DNA of 64,000 bases from Octopus sinensis (GCF_006345805.1 NC_043016.1:5208001-5272000), one strand, 5' to 3'; counted from the first letter of the stretch, positions 38,731 through 53,061 are shown. The notes: generated by a model from the sequence alone, not told the origin. Made by a program: numbers and translations.

Positions 38731-39611
38731 ATATAGTCATCATCATCATCATCATTTAACACGCATTTCCCATGTTGGCATGAGTTTGGCAGGAGCTAAG
38801 AAGGAACTGCTCCAGGTGCCAGAGTCTGTTCAGGTCGCAATTTCAATTCCAGGACTGGGCAGTTTGTTGTGTTCTTGAGCAAAACACCTCATTTTATGTA
38901 GCTCCAGTCTGCTCAGCTACAAATAACAGGATGCCAGTCCACCCTCTATTTGACTGGCATCTTGTTCAGGAGAAATGTTGTGATTCCAGTCATTTATATG
39001 CCATGGAAACCAGATAAACATCTGTATGAGTTTTAGGACTTGAAACTAGTAATATCCATGGAACTGGAATTTCCCACTTGTAATACTCCTCATTTTTTCC
39101 GCTTATAATACTCATATTTTCACATCATGCTTTGTATATAAATGGCATACAATCTGCCTTTCTGTCACTGACTGCCAGCATAAAAAAATAGGCATTAAAA
39201 TAAATATTCCATTACCAATTAAGTAATAAAGTTATAGGTTAAGTCCATCAGCAGCTTCAAATGCGAGTGTTCAAATGATAATCCATAGCAAGGAATAGTG
39301 GAAGTTACCAATTCCAATTTTGAATAGAGAATCAGTGAGAGCTGAGTAGGAATAATATAGAATAGTGTGAATGGTAGATGCACTAGTTTGTAGATATATA
39401 CTAGTCTGAATAATCTGTATAGCAGGGACTTATACATAGACAGATAGATAAATGGATGAAGGAATAGGAGATGTCAGATTTTTATCCTATGATGACCACC
39501 AGCACTGACCAGGATACTAAACCTATTTTACTCTGATCTTGCCTTCCTTTTTGACAAACTGGACTATACTATTTATATTATTTACATTTGACGGATATTT
39601 TTACTCATCTT

Positions 39612-40828
39612 TAATAGAAATATTAAAATTACTAAGTCTCTCTAAAAGAGAACAACGGCAGCGTTCCCGCAAAATAATAGTTATCGCCATACTAATATGG
39701 CATTCTTATAAAAATAAGAATAAAGCTGTCCGCTTATTAGCTCCATGAGACCATCGCCTTAAGTTAGCTATTTGATACACAAACTGTATCCATATAACCT
39801 TCGAACAAGGGAGGTCAGTCGCTCCACATTACTTGACCGGCAGCTACAGACGCGTTTCGGGGTATTGCCCCTTTTCAATGCAGCATAGCCAGACCAGTAG
39901 GTGTCGCTTCTGACAATCTCTGTTCGAAGGTTTTATTTACCTAGCTTCGGTGGAATACATCCACTTGTTCGAAGGTTATATGGATACAGTTTGTGTATCA
40001 ATAGCTAACTTAAGGCGATGGCCTCATGGAGCTAATAAGCGGACAGCTTTATTCTTATTTTTATAAGAATGCCATATTAGTATGGCGATAACTATTATTT
40101 TCCGGGAACGCTGCCGTTGTTCTCTTTTAGAGAGACTTAGTAATTTTAATATTTCTATTATTGAAAACAAGTGGATGTATTCCACCGAAGCTAGGTAAAT
40201 AAAATCTTCGAACAGAGATTGTCAGAAGCGACACCTACTGGTCTGGCTATGCTGCATTGAAAAGGGGCAATACCCCGAAACGCGTCTGTAGCTGCCGGTC
40301 AAGTAATGTGGAGCGACTGACCTCCCTTGTTCGAAGGTTATATGGATACAGTTTGTGTATCAAATAGCTAACTTAAGGCGATGGCCTCATGGAACTAATA
40401 AGCGGACAGATTTATTCTTATTTTTATAAGAATGCCATATTAGTATGGCGATAACTATTATTTTCCGGGAACGCTGCCGTTGTTCTCTTTTAGAGAGACT
40501 TAGTAATTTTAATATTTCTATTATTGAAAACAAGTGGATGTATTCCACCGAAGCTAGGTAAATAAAACCTTCGAACAGAGATTGTCAGAAGCGACACCTA
40601 CTGGTCTGGCTACGCTGCATTGAAAAGGGGCAATACCCCGAAACGCGTCTGTAGCTGCCAGTCAAGTAATGTGGAGCGACTGACCTCCCTTGTTCGAAGG
40701 TTATATGGATACAGTTTGTGTATCAAATAGCTAACTTAAGGCGATGGTCTCATGGAGCTAATAAGCGGACAGCTTTATTCTTATTTTTATAAGAATGCCA
40801 TATTAGTATGGCGATAACTATTATTTTC
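39612..40828 (+). mobile_element. Retrozyme/Penelope pseudo-LTR-like array B: one inverted plus about 2.4 direct 363-bp units
   Basis: Unit starts at 39967, 40329 and 40692; inverted unit at 39612-39966; 8-bp target duplication ctcatctt at 39604-39611 and 40829-40836. Confidence 0.9.
40251..40292 (+). ncRNA. Minimal type I hammerhead, U3-A8 variant (also 40614-40655 plus, 39843-39884 minus)
   Basis: gctgca TTGAAAA gggg-caata-cccc GAAA cgc GTC tgtagc; palindromic ACGCGT stem III. Confidence 0.8.
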
Positions 40829-41405
40829 CTCATCTTGTTTGTTGTTAACACGTTTTGGCTGATATACCCTTCACCCTTCATCAAGTGTCTTGAGGAAATT
40901 TTGAACCTGGGTTCTCATTCCTAAGATATCGTTATTATTGTTGTTATTTTCATTATTATTCAGGTCACTACCTGGAATTGAACTCAGAATCTTAGAATTA
41001 GTAGCCCGTGCTCATAACTACTACACCATATGCTGTGCCCATGTAAATAATGTAAATAAAGTACATAATTCCTGATCTCCTAAATGTAGAACAGTATGGA
41101 CTATACTAATTTCCTCAATTGGACTGAACTTGAGACCGCATGATCATACAATCACAGCGCAAACTTCACAGCAACACAGCCATTCCTACTCCTGTAATCG
41201 ATTGCCTTACTTCTTTATCATTACATTTATTATCTATCAGCATATATTGTTGATCAATATAGCACCACAAGATCTTCTTTCAAGCACACACCACAGCATT
41301 CCAGTGAGGCTTTATCCAGAACATTTAAAGCATACTTAAGAACTACAGAATACATGAGACCTTTCTGTTTTCCAAAGAAGCTTAAATATAGGCAGTAAGC
41401 ACATA

Positions 41406-41921
41406 CCATAAATCCTCGAGTATAATCCGCATTTTTTCCCCAAAATTTAAAGTTCAAAATCCCTAGTGCGTATTATATACGAGGTTAAAAATGAAAAATA
41501 CTTTCTAAGCAATGTCCGAGTCTCTATTTGCTGTCCGGCAATGTTTATTCAGACGCATTTTGTGATGTCGGGTGTGAACATACCTTAAGCTAAGCCTGAA
41601 AGCAATGAAGTCATAAAAGAATCATCCATAACTTGCAGTAAGCAACATTTAATAAAATAACAGTATTCAGAACACAGAATAACATGTAACAAAAACAATT
41701 TGCAAACATATTTACATTCCCATATAACAGTTAAGAACATCACCATTATTGTATTACGCATGCGCCGAAGAATTTGTTCAACTCAGTGGCTTAATTACAC
41801 ATGACTCAAGTTAAAGAAGGGGTGTGTATTATACACAAGGTTTAGGTTTTTCAGAAGTACAGCCCCCTAAAAATCTCCTGCGTATTATACTCAAGGGCGG
41901 ACTATATTGGATGATTTATGG
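41406..41921. mobile_element. Non-autonomous Tc1/mariner-superfamily element (Tc2/pogo-like ends)
   Basis: TA-ccataaatcctcgagtataatccgc ... gcggactatattggatgatttatgg-TA; subterminal repeats gcgtattata. Confidence 0.75.
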
Positions 41922-42013
41922 TAGTTAACCTAATGACACTACATTGGCATTTTAATTGATATCCACTTGTGGCTGTCCTTGTTCTCTGACACAAACTTTC
42001 TGTTAAAATTACC

Positions 42014-42599
42014 TTAAACCTTTGGCATTTAAACCAGTCATATCCAGCCAAAATATTCTACCTGTTTTTTGTTCAAATCAGCCAGATTCCATCTCTCACA
42101 CCTACCCTACAATGTCATTCAAAAAATATATAATCATATCATCAAAATCTTGAAACTACAAAATAATACATTATTACTCTTTTACTCTTTTACTTATTTC
42201 AGTCATTTGACTGCGGCCATGCTGGAGCACCGCCTTTAGTCGAGCAAATCAACCCCGGGACTTATTCCTTGTAAGCCCAGTACTTATTATATCGGTCCCT
42301 TTTGCCGAACCGCTAAGTGATGTAAACACGCCAGCGTCAGTTGTCAAGCAATGCTAGGGGACAAACACAGACACACAAATATATATACAACAGGCTTCTT
42401 TCAGTTTCCGTCTACCAAATCCACTCACAAGGCATTGGTTGGCCCAGGGCTATAGCAGAAGACACTTGCCCAAGATGCCACGCAGTGGGATTGAACCCGG
42501 AACCATGTGGTTGGTTAGCAAGCTACTTATCACACAGCCACAATTTGAATAAATAAGCAATTACATTTGATAGAATAATCAGAATGCTTAAAGGCTTAA
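42014..42599. mobile_element. piggyBac-like MITE (TTAA-flanked) interrupted by a SINE A (42176-42542, minus); other copies at 43259-43470 and 54307-54533
   Basis: Three homologous copies of about 220 bp, consensus ttaaccctttagcat...gaatgctaaagggttaa. Confidence 0.7.
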
Positions 42600-43944
42600 T
42601 AATAACAAAGTTATTTTACAAAATACTTCGTTATTTCCAAAATTAGTTAAAACAAAGACAAAAATATGGTTACAAAAGAGTTGATGAATAGGTAGTGGTG
42701 TAAAAAATTTCCAAGATATTTTAGGGATGGAGCTGCAATTTGACAGTTTCCAAATCTCTGATGTTATAAATCCAGCAGTTAAACTTAACCCAGGGTCAAA
42801 TTTGATTGAGCAGACTTATGTTTAAATGAAGCCAGGACCATTCATATCTAGGGTTGCATACCTAAGAATACATTGTCCAAAATGTCTGTGGTTTCTTAGC
42901 AGCGTGGGTTAATATAATTTGAGTGAGGTTTAGCGCTTATTTCTAGATGGTCAACTGATCCTGTAGGGTAGTAATTGGGTTCAATCCCACTGTGAGGCAC
43001 CTTGAGCAAGTGTCTTCTATTATAACATCAGACCAACCAATATCTTTTTATGGAAGCTGTATGAAAGCCCAGGGTGGGGAGGGTCATTTGTCCCCACATC
43101 AATTGACAACCAGTACTGGTTTGTTTACATCCCTGAAACTAAGACTAAATATCAGACTTTAAAATGTGTACTGGTGTTGATTTGATCAACTAAACCCTTC
43201 AAAATGATGCCCCAGAATGACCAGAGTCCAATGATTGAAAGAAGTAAAAAACAGGGTCTAACTCTTTAGCATATAAACTGGCCATATTCTTCCACTTTTA
43301 TGTTCAAACCAATAAGATCCAGCCTCTCACACCTACCCTACAATTTCAGTATGAAAATAAACATTCACATCATCAAAATCTCAAAGCTATGAGATGATGT
43401 ATGATTAATTCAAAATAATTTGAATAAAGAAGAATTGCATTTCACAAAGTGATCTGAATGTTAAAGAATTGCACATTTTAGTCATAAGCTGAATCACAAC
43501 CACTCAAAGAAACTCTGTACCCTCACCCCTTGTAACACTGCCTTGATATATGATAAGCCGTCTGAGCTAATAACTTCTCCAAAGTGGGTGTCTTTACTCA
43601 GGTTTAGAACCACTCCCCTTAGAATAGGATTTGTTGTTATAATTGTTTAGCCCACTAATGTGTCCTGACAAAGGCAAATTCTATACTCAAAGACATTCCA
43701 ACACTGTCTTATTTTCAAGAATAGTAGACCACTGATTATATTTCCAATATGTTATATTTTTAAGATAGTGGGTTTTGATTTAGCTGCTATTTCTGTTTCT
43801 AATAGGCTGGATCTTGGACGGGTGTATGTGGGTAGGGTGATACAAGCTACATTTGTTAGTTTGCATAAAAGGAAAACAAAACACAACATCCTATCCAAAA
43901 ATAAATATCAAAAAATACCAACTAGATTATGGCTGGGCAATAAC

Positions 43945-44515
43945 AGCTTACTCAAAGTAGCCACCCTCAGCTTCCACCATGGCCTCAAAATGGCTCTGGA
44001 ACCTGGCACATGCATACCTCACTGTCCCTGAGAAGATCTTCAAACACCCCTTGGTCACCAACTCAGCTTTAGTGCTGCAGACAGAGTGGTTGGTGGCTTT
44101 CTCAACCATGCTCCACACATTGTAATGCACGGTATTACAACCAAGGGAATTAAGAGACAAGAAATTGGGGCTTGTGACTTCATAGAAATTCTCTGGCAAC
44201 TGCTTCTGACTCTTTCTAAAGGTATATCAGAATCCTTACCTTCATTGCAGTTGTCCATGTCATATCATACAGTCTTTACAATATTCACAGAGCACTGAAC
44301 AGCTGTCTTGATGTCTGCGTTTTGATATCCAGCATTAATCATCATGATACAGATAACTCTTTTCCAATATTCAGGCAACTTCCAGTTCTGCATGTCAGTT
44401 AATTTTTTCTCAAATACAACTTTAATATCTATACTGTCCAATGCCATTCACCAATATATCAAGCTGTTTCTGAAAAAAATAGGAGACAAACAATTATCAA
44501 AATTACCCTGAATAC
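43945..44515 (-). mobile_element. Internally deleted Tc1/mariner-superfamily transposase remnant (maT/DD37D-like)
   Basis: N-terminal WKRVICIMMINAGYQNADIKTAVQCS and C-terminal YNVWSMVEKATNHSVCSTKAEL..YACARFQSHFEAMVEAEGGYFE. Confidence 0.7.
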
Positions 44516-45023
44516 ACAGTAAGTGTCTTTTGGAAACTAATTTAAAGAAACAGAAATTGTAATAGAAAGTTATCATTATGTTATGTGTGAGTATGATGGA
44601 GTTGTAGCAATTCTCAATTTTCTTCAAGTTTATAAACAAAAGATTAAAATGAAACTATTAGAGGAAGATTAAATTCCTGTGATTGACCTTTGCATTGATT
44701 CAACTGCAGATCTTAATTGAAATTCTAAGAAAGAGGTTAAATATTAAGGATGAGTAATTATTCTTGTTCAGATGTCAAATGTTTACAAAACTAAGGTTAG
44801 CAATTGTTGTGAATTGGTGAAATGTTTGTATATCTGGAAATATAATACAGACACCACACAAAAAATAAATACATGTATTGATTCATGTGTGTGTGTGTGC
44901 ATATTTATATATATATAATATATACATATATATATATGTATGTATGTATGTATGTATAGTAGTAGGCATCTGTTGGTCTCAAGAGGCCATGGATCAAATA
45001 TATATACATACACATACATATAT

Positions 45024-45081
<58 letters not shown>

Positions 45082-45110
45082 AACACACTCACACCTATAT
45101 ACTTATTTAC

Positions 45111-45160
<50 letters not shown>

Positions 45161-45164
<4 letters not shown>

Positions 45165-47493
45165 CATACAAACATTTATACATATATATATGCATATGCA
45201 CACACATTAACATGTATATACATACAAACGTACACTTAAAATTAGATATACATTTATGCACACACACATACACACACAAGGCCATGCCCACTAATTTAAC
45301 TTTCCTGCAACAGTTTCTTGGTTCTGAACATGAAACAGTCACACAACAAGTGGCAGTTAAGAAGCAGCAGCAACAGCAGCAGAGAGAGAGAGAGAGAGAG
45401 CAGAAGAATGGGGGGGGGGGGCTTAGAATATGAGGAAAGGGAGACCTTGAAGAAGGCTAAATGAAAGTGAGTGCTGATGGTATGTTAAGGAACAGGGAAG
45501 CTGAAGCTGGAATATTGTAATAGACAGCAGAGAAGAGTTAGGTTAGAGATAAAGGAATGTGTTTCACACAAGAATGGTTAATGAAGAATTTGTGTTAGTA
45601 AGAAGTGATGGGAAGGTCATAGTTGGACTGAAGTTCATGGATTTGGTGGTCAAAGAAGGGAGATTTTTCTGAGTATAGTTTTTCAACATAAGCATTCATT
45701 AATCTTCAGGAAGATGTATCTATAGTATGTTCTCTATAGGTTTTCTATGCGATCTTCACTTTCTCTTTTTAATTTAGAGTAAATTTTAACTGGACTCCTA
45801 TTTGGTAACAAGGTTATAGATAAAAGTATCTGAGGAAGGTCTTGCAGATTTTTATAGCACCAGATATTATGATCATACCTATGTACATTATTTATATTAT
45901 TTACATTTGACGGATATTTGTTCTCATCTTGTTTGTTGTTAACACAACGTTTCGGCTGATATACGCTCCAGTTTTCATCAGGTGTCTTGGGGAAATTTCA
46001 AACATGTGTTCTCATTCCTAAGGTATTTTTCAATATTATTATTATTATTATATTATTATATTATTATTATTATTATTATATTATCATTATTCAGGTCACT
46101 GTCTGGAATCGAACTCAGAATTTTGGGCTTAGTAGCCCACGCTCTTAACCAATACACCATATGCCTGTGGGCATATCCGTCAAATGTAAATAATGTACAT
46201 AATGTACATAATTCCTCAATTCTTAAATATAGAACTGTAATACCTATGTATGTATGTATGCATGTATGCATGCATGTATGTATGTATGTATATTTGTATG
46301 TATGTATGTATGTATGTATGTATGTATGTATGTATGTATGTTGTATGTATGTATGTATGTATGTATGTATGTATGCATGTATGTATGTATGTATGTATGT
46401 AGTATGTATGTATGTATGTATGTATGTATGTATGCATGTATACATGTATGTATGTATGTGTATGGGTATATGCATGTATGTATGTATGTATGTATGTATG
46501 TATGTATGTATGTATGTATGTATGTATGTATGTATGCATGTATGTATGTATGTATGTGTATGGGTATATGCATGTATGTATGTATGTATGTATGTACGTA
46601 TATATATATATATATATATACATACATACAAACATTTATACATATATATATGCATATGCACACACATTAACATGTATATACATACAAACGTACACTTAAA
46701 ATTAGATATACATTTATGCACACACACATACACACACAAGGCCATGCCCACTAATTTAACTTTCCTGCAACAGTTTCTTGGTTCTGAACATGAAACAGTC
46801 ACACAACAAGTGGCAGTTAAGAAGCAGCAGCAACAGCAGCAGAGAGAGAGAGAGAGAGCAGAAGAATGGGGGGGGGGGGGGCTTAGAATATGAGGAAAGG
46901 GAGACCTTGAAGAAGGCTAAATGAAAGTGAGTGCTGATGGTATGTTAAGGAACAGGGAAGCTGAAGCTGGAATATTGTAATAGACAGCAGAGAAGAGTTA
47001 GGTTAGAGATAAAGGAATGTGTTTCACACAAGAATGGTTAATGAAGAATTTGTGTTAGTAAGAAGTGATGGGAAGGTCATAGTTGGACTGAAGTTCATGG
47101 ATTTGGTGGTCAAAGAAGGGAGATTTTTCTGAGTATAGTTTTTCAACATAAGCATTCATTAATCTTCAGGAAGATGTATCTATAGTATGTTCTCTATAGG
47201 TTTTCTATGCGATCTTCACTTTCTCTTTTTAATTTAGAGTAAATTTTAACTGGACTCCTATTTGGTAACAAGGTTATAGATAAAAGTATCTGAGGAAGGT
47301 CTTGCAGATTTTTATAGCACCAGATATTATGATCATACCTATGTACATTATTTATATTATTTACATTTGACGGATATTTGTTCTCATCTTGTTTGTTGTT
47401 AACACAACGTTTCGGCTGATATACGCTCCAGTTTTCATCAGGTGTCTTGGGGAAATTTCAAACATGTGTTCTCATTCCTAAGGTATTTTTCAA

Positions 47494-47547
<54 letters not shown>

Positions 47548-47779
47548 CATTATTCAGGTCACTGTCTGGAATCGAACTCAGAATTTTGGGCTTAGTAGCC
47601 CACGCTCTTAACCAATACACCATATGCCTGTGGGCATATCCGTCAAATGTAAATAATGTACATAATGTACATAATTCCTCAATTCTTAAATATAGAACTG
47701 TAATACCTATGTATGTATGTATGCATGTATGCATGCATGTATGTATGTATGTATATTTGTATGTATGTATGTATGTATG

Positions 47780-47811
<32 letters not shown>

Positions 47812-48080
47812 TGTATGTATGCATGTATGTATGTATGTATGTATGCATGTATGTATGTATGTATGTATGTATGTATGTATGTATGTATGTATGTATGTAT
47901 GCATGTATACATGTATGTATGTATGTGTATGGGTATATGCATGTATGTATGTATGTATGTATGTATGTATGTATGTATGTATGTATGTATGTATGTATGT
48001 ATGCATGTATGTATGTATGTATGTGTATGGGTATATGCATGTATGTATGTATGTATGTATGTACGTATATATATATATAT
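45161..48080. repeat. Near-identical tandem duplication, 1460-bp period, each unit carrying an HA element (45890-46240 and 47341-47698)
   Basis: Units start at 45161 and 46621; unique sequence appears identical, with differences only in G, TTA and TATG run lengths; breakpoints lie in (TA)n. Confidence 0.95.
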
Positions 48081-50045
48081 ATGTACTTATAAATGTCATT
48101 ATTCAGTTTTGTTTCAAGATTTCTTGCCAAGAGAGAAAGAACTGGTTTCTAACCTCAATACAAGGTTCCTTCATTGAAATTTCAACATCAACAACACAGT
48201 ATTTTTGTTTGTATGCACGTATGTATATGTACAGATTTGTATGTTTTGTTTTATGTATGTATTCTCATGTATGTATGCATGTTTTTATGTATACATGTAT
48301 GCATGTATGTATGTATGCATGCATGCATGTGTGTATTTATATATGTATGTTTGAACATATTTATGCATGTATGTATGTATGTATGCATGCATGAATGTGT
48401 GTATGTATATGTCTATGTACGTATGCATGTATGTTTGCATGTATGCATGTACGTGTGTGTGTATGTATATATGTATGTATATATGTATATATACATGTAT
48501 GCATGCACATGTGCATGTATGTGCATGTGTATGCATGTATGTGCATATTTATGCATGTATGTATATATTATATTCATGTAGGTATGTATATATACATATG
48601 TATGCACCTATATATGTATGCATGTATGTATGTATATGTATATGTCAGGTCATTTGCTTGGTGAGGAGGGTGTTTATAGGACACCCTGCGGGATGAAAAA
48701 CAAAACCCGTCAAAGGGCGGAGGAACTCTTGAGAGTCAACGGCCATCCAATAAATGTCTTAAGGCTGAATCATGACATAGAAATAATCAGACTGAATACC
48801 CGATTGCGCGGTTAAGCCATTGGGAGTGAAGGACTCCCAGCCTTTGTTAGGGCATCCTTCTAGGAGAAGGTAACTCAGGTAACTGGGATAACTCCGACAT
48901 AAAACCTGCAGCTCAGTGGTTACTGATGATGTTGATTTGTTCTTCTTTTCGGATTATGCCTGTTGTTGCTCAATGAGTGGGATTGACTCAGTGCACAGCC
49001 TTTCCTCACTTTAAAAAAAATCTTCTTGCACAGGCATTGCATGATAACAACATTGTTCATGATTGTTGATGGTGCTGTGAGTCTCAACTGAATGGCTGGC
49101 TGTAGCCTTAAAAAGCATATAAAAGTCACATTCGATCACTGCACCAGTAACAGTTGAGCTTCATGCAATGGCCATACTCGATAACGAGGGGGCAGCCATC
49201 ATGTGTATATTATTTATATTGTATAGTTATATATATTATGTATGGATACATGCGTATGTGTATGCATGTGTATGTATGAATGTATGTATCTATCTGTGCG
49301 TGTGTGTGTGGCTGCATAGTGTGGGTAACAAGTTTGTTTCACAACCACATGGTTTTAGGTTCAGTTCCACAGTATGGCCCATTGGTCAAGCACCTACAAC
49401 CCAGGGGTTGTGAATGGTTTTGGTAAACAGAAACTGAAAGAATCCCATTGCATGTGTATATGTGTTTGTGTATATATGTGTGTATGTGTAGTACATGTGT
49501 GTGTTTATGTGTGTGTATTTGCATATGTGTGTGTGTATGAGTGTTTGTGTGTGTTTGCATGTATGTGTGCATGTGTGTTTGTGCATGTTTGCATGTGTGT
49601 GTGCGTGTGTCTTTGGGAATATGTGTGCATTTGTATCTTCTTGTCTTGGAATTGGTTTGTAAATAAAATTTTCTTCTCTTCTTTCTTCTTCTTCATCATC
49701 ATCACCACCACCATCATCATGTTCCACTCAAAGATGGCAATTTGACATTTACATACAAATGGAAGACACATATGAACTTTGTATGGCATTAAAGAAACAA
49801 AAACAAGACTGTAGCCAACTGATTACATCTTTGCTTGTGTTTTATTTTTTTTTTAAATCAGGTACTTAACTATTAAATAAATGAACTACTGATGTTAATC
49901 ACTTAGAGGCACCGTACTTAACTACTTTTTCTTGTTGTTGTTGTTGCTTTTGGAATATGCTTATTTTTAATGCTTAGTTGCATATGTATTATACGTACAC
50001 ACACACAAACACACACATCATCATCATCATCATCATCATCATCAT

Positions 50046-52733
50046 TGTTTAAACGTCCGTTCTCCATGCTAGCATAGGTTGGACGGTTCAACTGGGTTCT
50101 GGGAAGCCAGAAGGCTGCACCAGGCCCAGTCTGATCTGGCAATGTTTCTACGGCTGATGCCCTTCCTAACGCAAACCACTCCGTGAGTGTAGTGGGTGCT
50201 TTTTACGTGCCACCGGCATGAGGCCAGTCGGGGCGGCGCTGGCATCGGCCATGTTTGGATGGTTCTCTTACCGTCACTGGTATCACAGCTACAATTTCCA
50301 TTGATGTTAATCGATTTCGATTTTGATTTTCACTTGCCTCAACAGGTCTTCACAAGTAGAGTTTTGTGTCCCAAGAATGGAAAGTATGCATAAGTGGACT
50401 GGCTACATCCCATGTAGAGGCCACGGGTTATGGTCTCACTTGTCCTGCAGGGTCTTCTCACACACAGCATACTTCCAAAGGTCTCGGTCTCTAGTCATTT
50501 CCTCGGTGAGACATAAAGTTCGAAGGTCATGCTTCACCACCTCGTCCCAGATTTTCCTGGGTCTGCCTCTTCCACAGGTTCCCTCAACCGCTAGGGTGTG
50601 GCACTTTTTCACACAACTATCTTCATCCATTCTTGCCACATGACCATACCGGCGCAAATGTCTCTCTTGCAAACCACAACTGATGCTTCTTAGGTCCAGC
50701 TTTTCTCTCAAGGTACTCACACTCTGTCGAGTATGAACACTGACATTACATATCCATCGGAGCATACTGGCTTCATTTCTTGCGGGCTTATGACACACGC
50801 GTCATACAGTCTGCCTTTTACTCTGAGCAAGAGGCCTTTTCTCACCAGCAGAGGTAAGAGCTCTCTGAACTTTGCCCAAGCTATTCTTACTCTAGCAGTT
50901 ACACTTTCAGCACACCCACCCCCGCTACTGACTTGGTTACCTAGGTAACGGAAGCTATCAACTATTTCTAATTTTTCTCCCTGGAATGTGGCAGAAGTTT
51001 GTCTCAGAGCATTTTCAGTGTTTATTGCTCCTGAGCATCTGTCACATACAAAAACTATCTTCCTAGTTAGCCTTCCTTTGACATTGCTGCACCTCTTATG
51101 TGTCCATAGCTTACACTTGGTACATCTTATAGAGTTTCTACCTACACCTTTTCTACAGATCGAGTAGGGCCATCTACCTGTAGGCGTTTGTGATTTGTCT
51201 ACCTTCCTACTTATTAGCACTTTGGTTTTAGCTAGATTGACTCTAAGGCCCTTCGATTCTAATCCTTGCTTCCACACCTGAAACTTCTCCTCCAGTTCTG
51301 ATAGTGACTGAGCAATTAGAGCAAGGTCATCAGCATAGAGGAGCTCCCAGAGGCATCATGTCTTGAATTCCTCCGTTATTGTCTGGAGGACTGAGCCTTA
51401 GTGGACCCCTACCTCTACCCGGAATTCTTCACTGTACTTGTTGCCAACCCTCACCTTACTAGCGGCGTCCCTGTACATGGCTCACACAGCTCTCACTAAC
51501 CATTCATCAATCCCTAGTTTCCTCATTGACCACCAGATAAGGGATTGGGGGACCCTGTCGAAGGCTTTCTCCATGTCAACAAAAGCCAGGTACAGGGGCT
51601 TATCTTTGGCTAGGTATTTCTCCTGCAGCTGCCTTACCAGGAATATAGCATCAGTGGTACTTTTCCCTGACACGAACCCAAACTGCATCTCATCTAAACT
51701 AACTCTCTCTCTAATTAGTTGGGCTATGACCCTCTCCGTAACCTTCATTACCTGATCCAACAGCTTGATACCTCTGTAATTATTTGTATCTAAAGCGTCA
51801 CCTTTACCTTTGTAGCAGTTGACTATTATGCTGCTACACCAGTCATTGGGTATGACTCCTTCGTGTATCACCTGATTAACTATATGGGTGACTAGGCTAT
51901 AGCCAACACTACCAGATATTTTGAGCATCTCTGCAGTGATTCCTGATGGGCCTGGGGCTTTGCCTGTCTTCATGCTTCTAATTGCCTTAACTGTGAATTC
52001 GGATAGCTGGTCCCTCTGTTGGGTCGACATTCAGCAGACTCTCTTTATCCCATTCATTTTCTTTATTCAGCAACCTTTCATAGTGGCATCTCCAAACCTC
52101 TCTCTTTGCAGCCTCATTTAGCACAAGTGAACCATCATCCATGCGAACACATTTCTCTCCTATCACATCACGATTCTGTCACACACTGTCTTGCAACATG
52201 AAACACCTCAAGTCTTTGGTCCTCGCGGTGCAGAACATTGGCAAATTTTTTCCTATCTGCTTCCCCTCTGGCTAAATAGACCTGTCTCCTAGCTCCCCTT
52301 TTGGCAGTCTGATACAATTCCCTGCTATCACCATTCTTCCAGTCCTTCTAAGCCTGTCTCTTTTCTCTAATAGCCCTGTCTACAACATTGTTCCACCACC
52401 ACGTTATTTTGGGTCGAGAGGGGACTTTGCACCAGCCACAGATCTGGTCAGTGGCTTTCAGCAGGTTGTCCCTTAGAAACGTCCAGTTGTCTTCTACCCC
52501 ATGTGAAGCTCTATCTCCTTCTTCTTCGTCAAAGGCTTCAAGTAATATGTCCCTAAATCTCTGTCCATTCGCAGGATCTTTAAGCTTCCAGATCCTTCTT
52601 CTCCATGTTAGTCGTCTTCAGGTCATCCTCTTAGTCCTGATCCTAAAGTCACTAACTACCAGTCTATGTTGCGGGGTACATTCTTCGCCTGGGAAGGTTT
52701 TGGCATTTATAAGCAGCCATCTTTCCCTTTTCC
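50046..52733 (-). mobile_element. 5'-truncated RTE LINE (end of endonuclease, RT with PHD-like insert, 3' UTR, (GAT)n tail), pseudogenised
   Basis: GKAPGPSGI..NYRGIKLL..QFGF..FVDMEKAFDRVP; LLYADDL; KTKV; FRYLG; small deletions remove LSPLLF and LHGSETW. Confidence 0.93.
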
Positions 52734-52764
<31 letters not shown>

Positions 52765-52769
52765 ATATG

Positions 52770-52851
<82 letters not shown>

Positions 52852-53061
52852 AAATATATAATGTTATATTTCGGAATGGTCATATTGCCAGTGTAGCAAA
52901 CAAATATATAAATATATATATATGTATATGTATATATATATATACATATATATATATGTATGTATATATGTATGTATATATATATATGTGTGTGGTGTGT
53001 GCGTGTATATATATATATATACATACATACATACACATATACACGTATGTATGTATCTATG

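Larger units (their letters stand above)
39572..41092 (-). mobile_element. Copy of composite element HA interrupted by array B
   Basis: Left part ttatattatttacatttgacggatattt..ctcatctt at 39572-39611; resumes ctcatcttgtttgttg at 40829; tRNA-like head at about 40960-41035. Confidence 0.8.

Noticed and set aside
50046-52733. Active RTE element
   Set aside because: 5'-truncated, with a stop in the QG motif, frameshifts and two internal deletions; cannot encode a functional RT.
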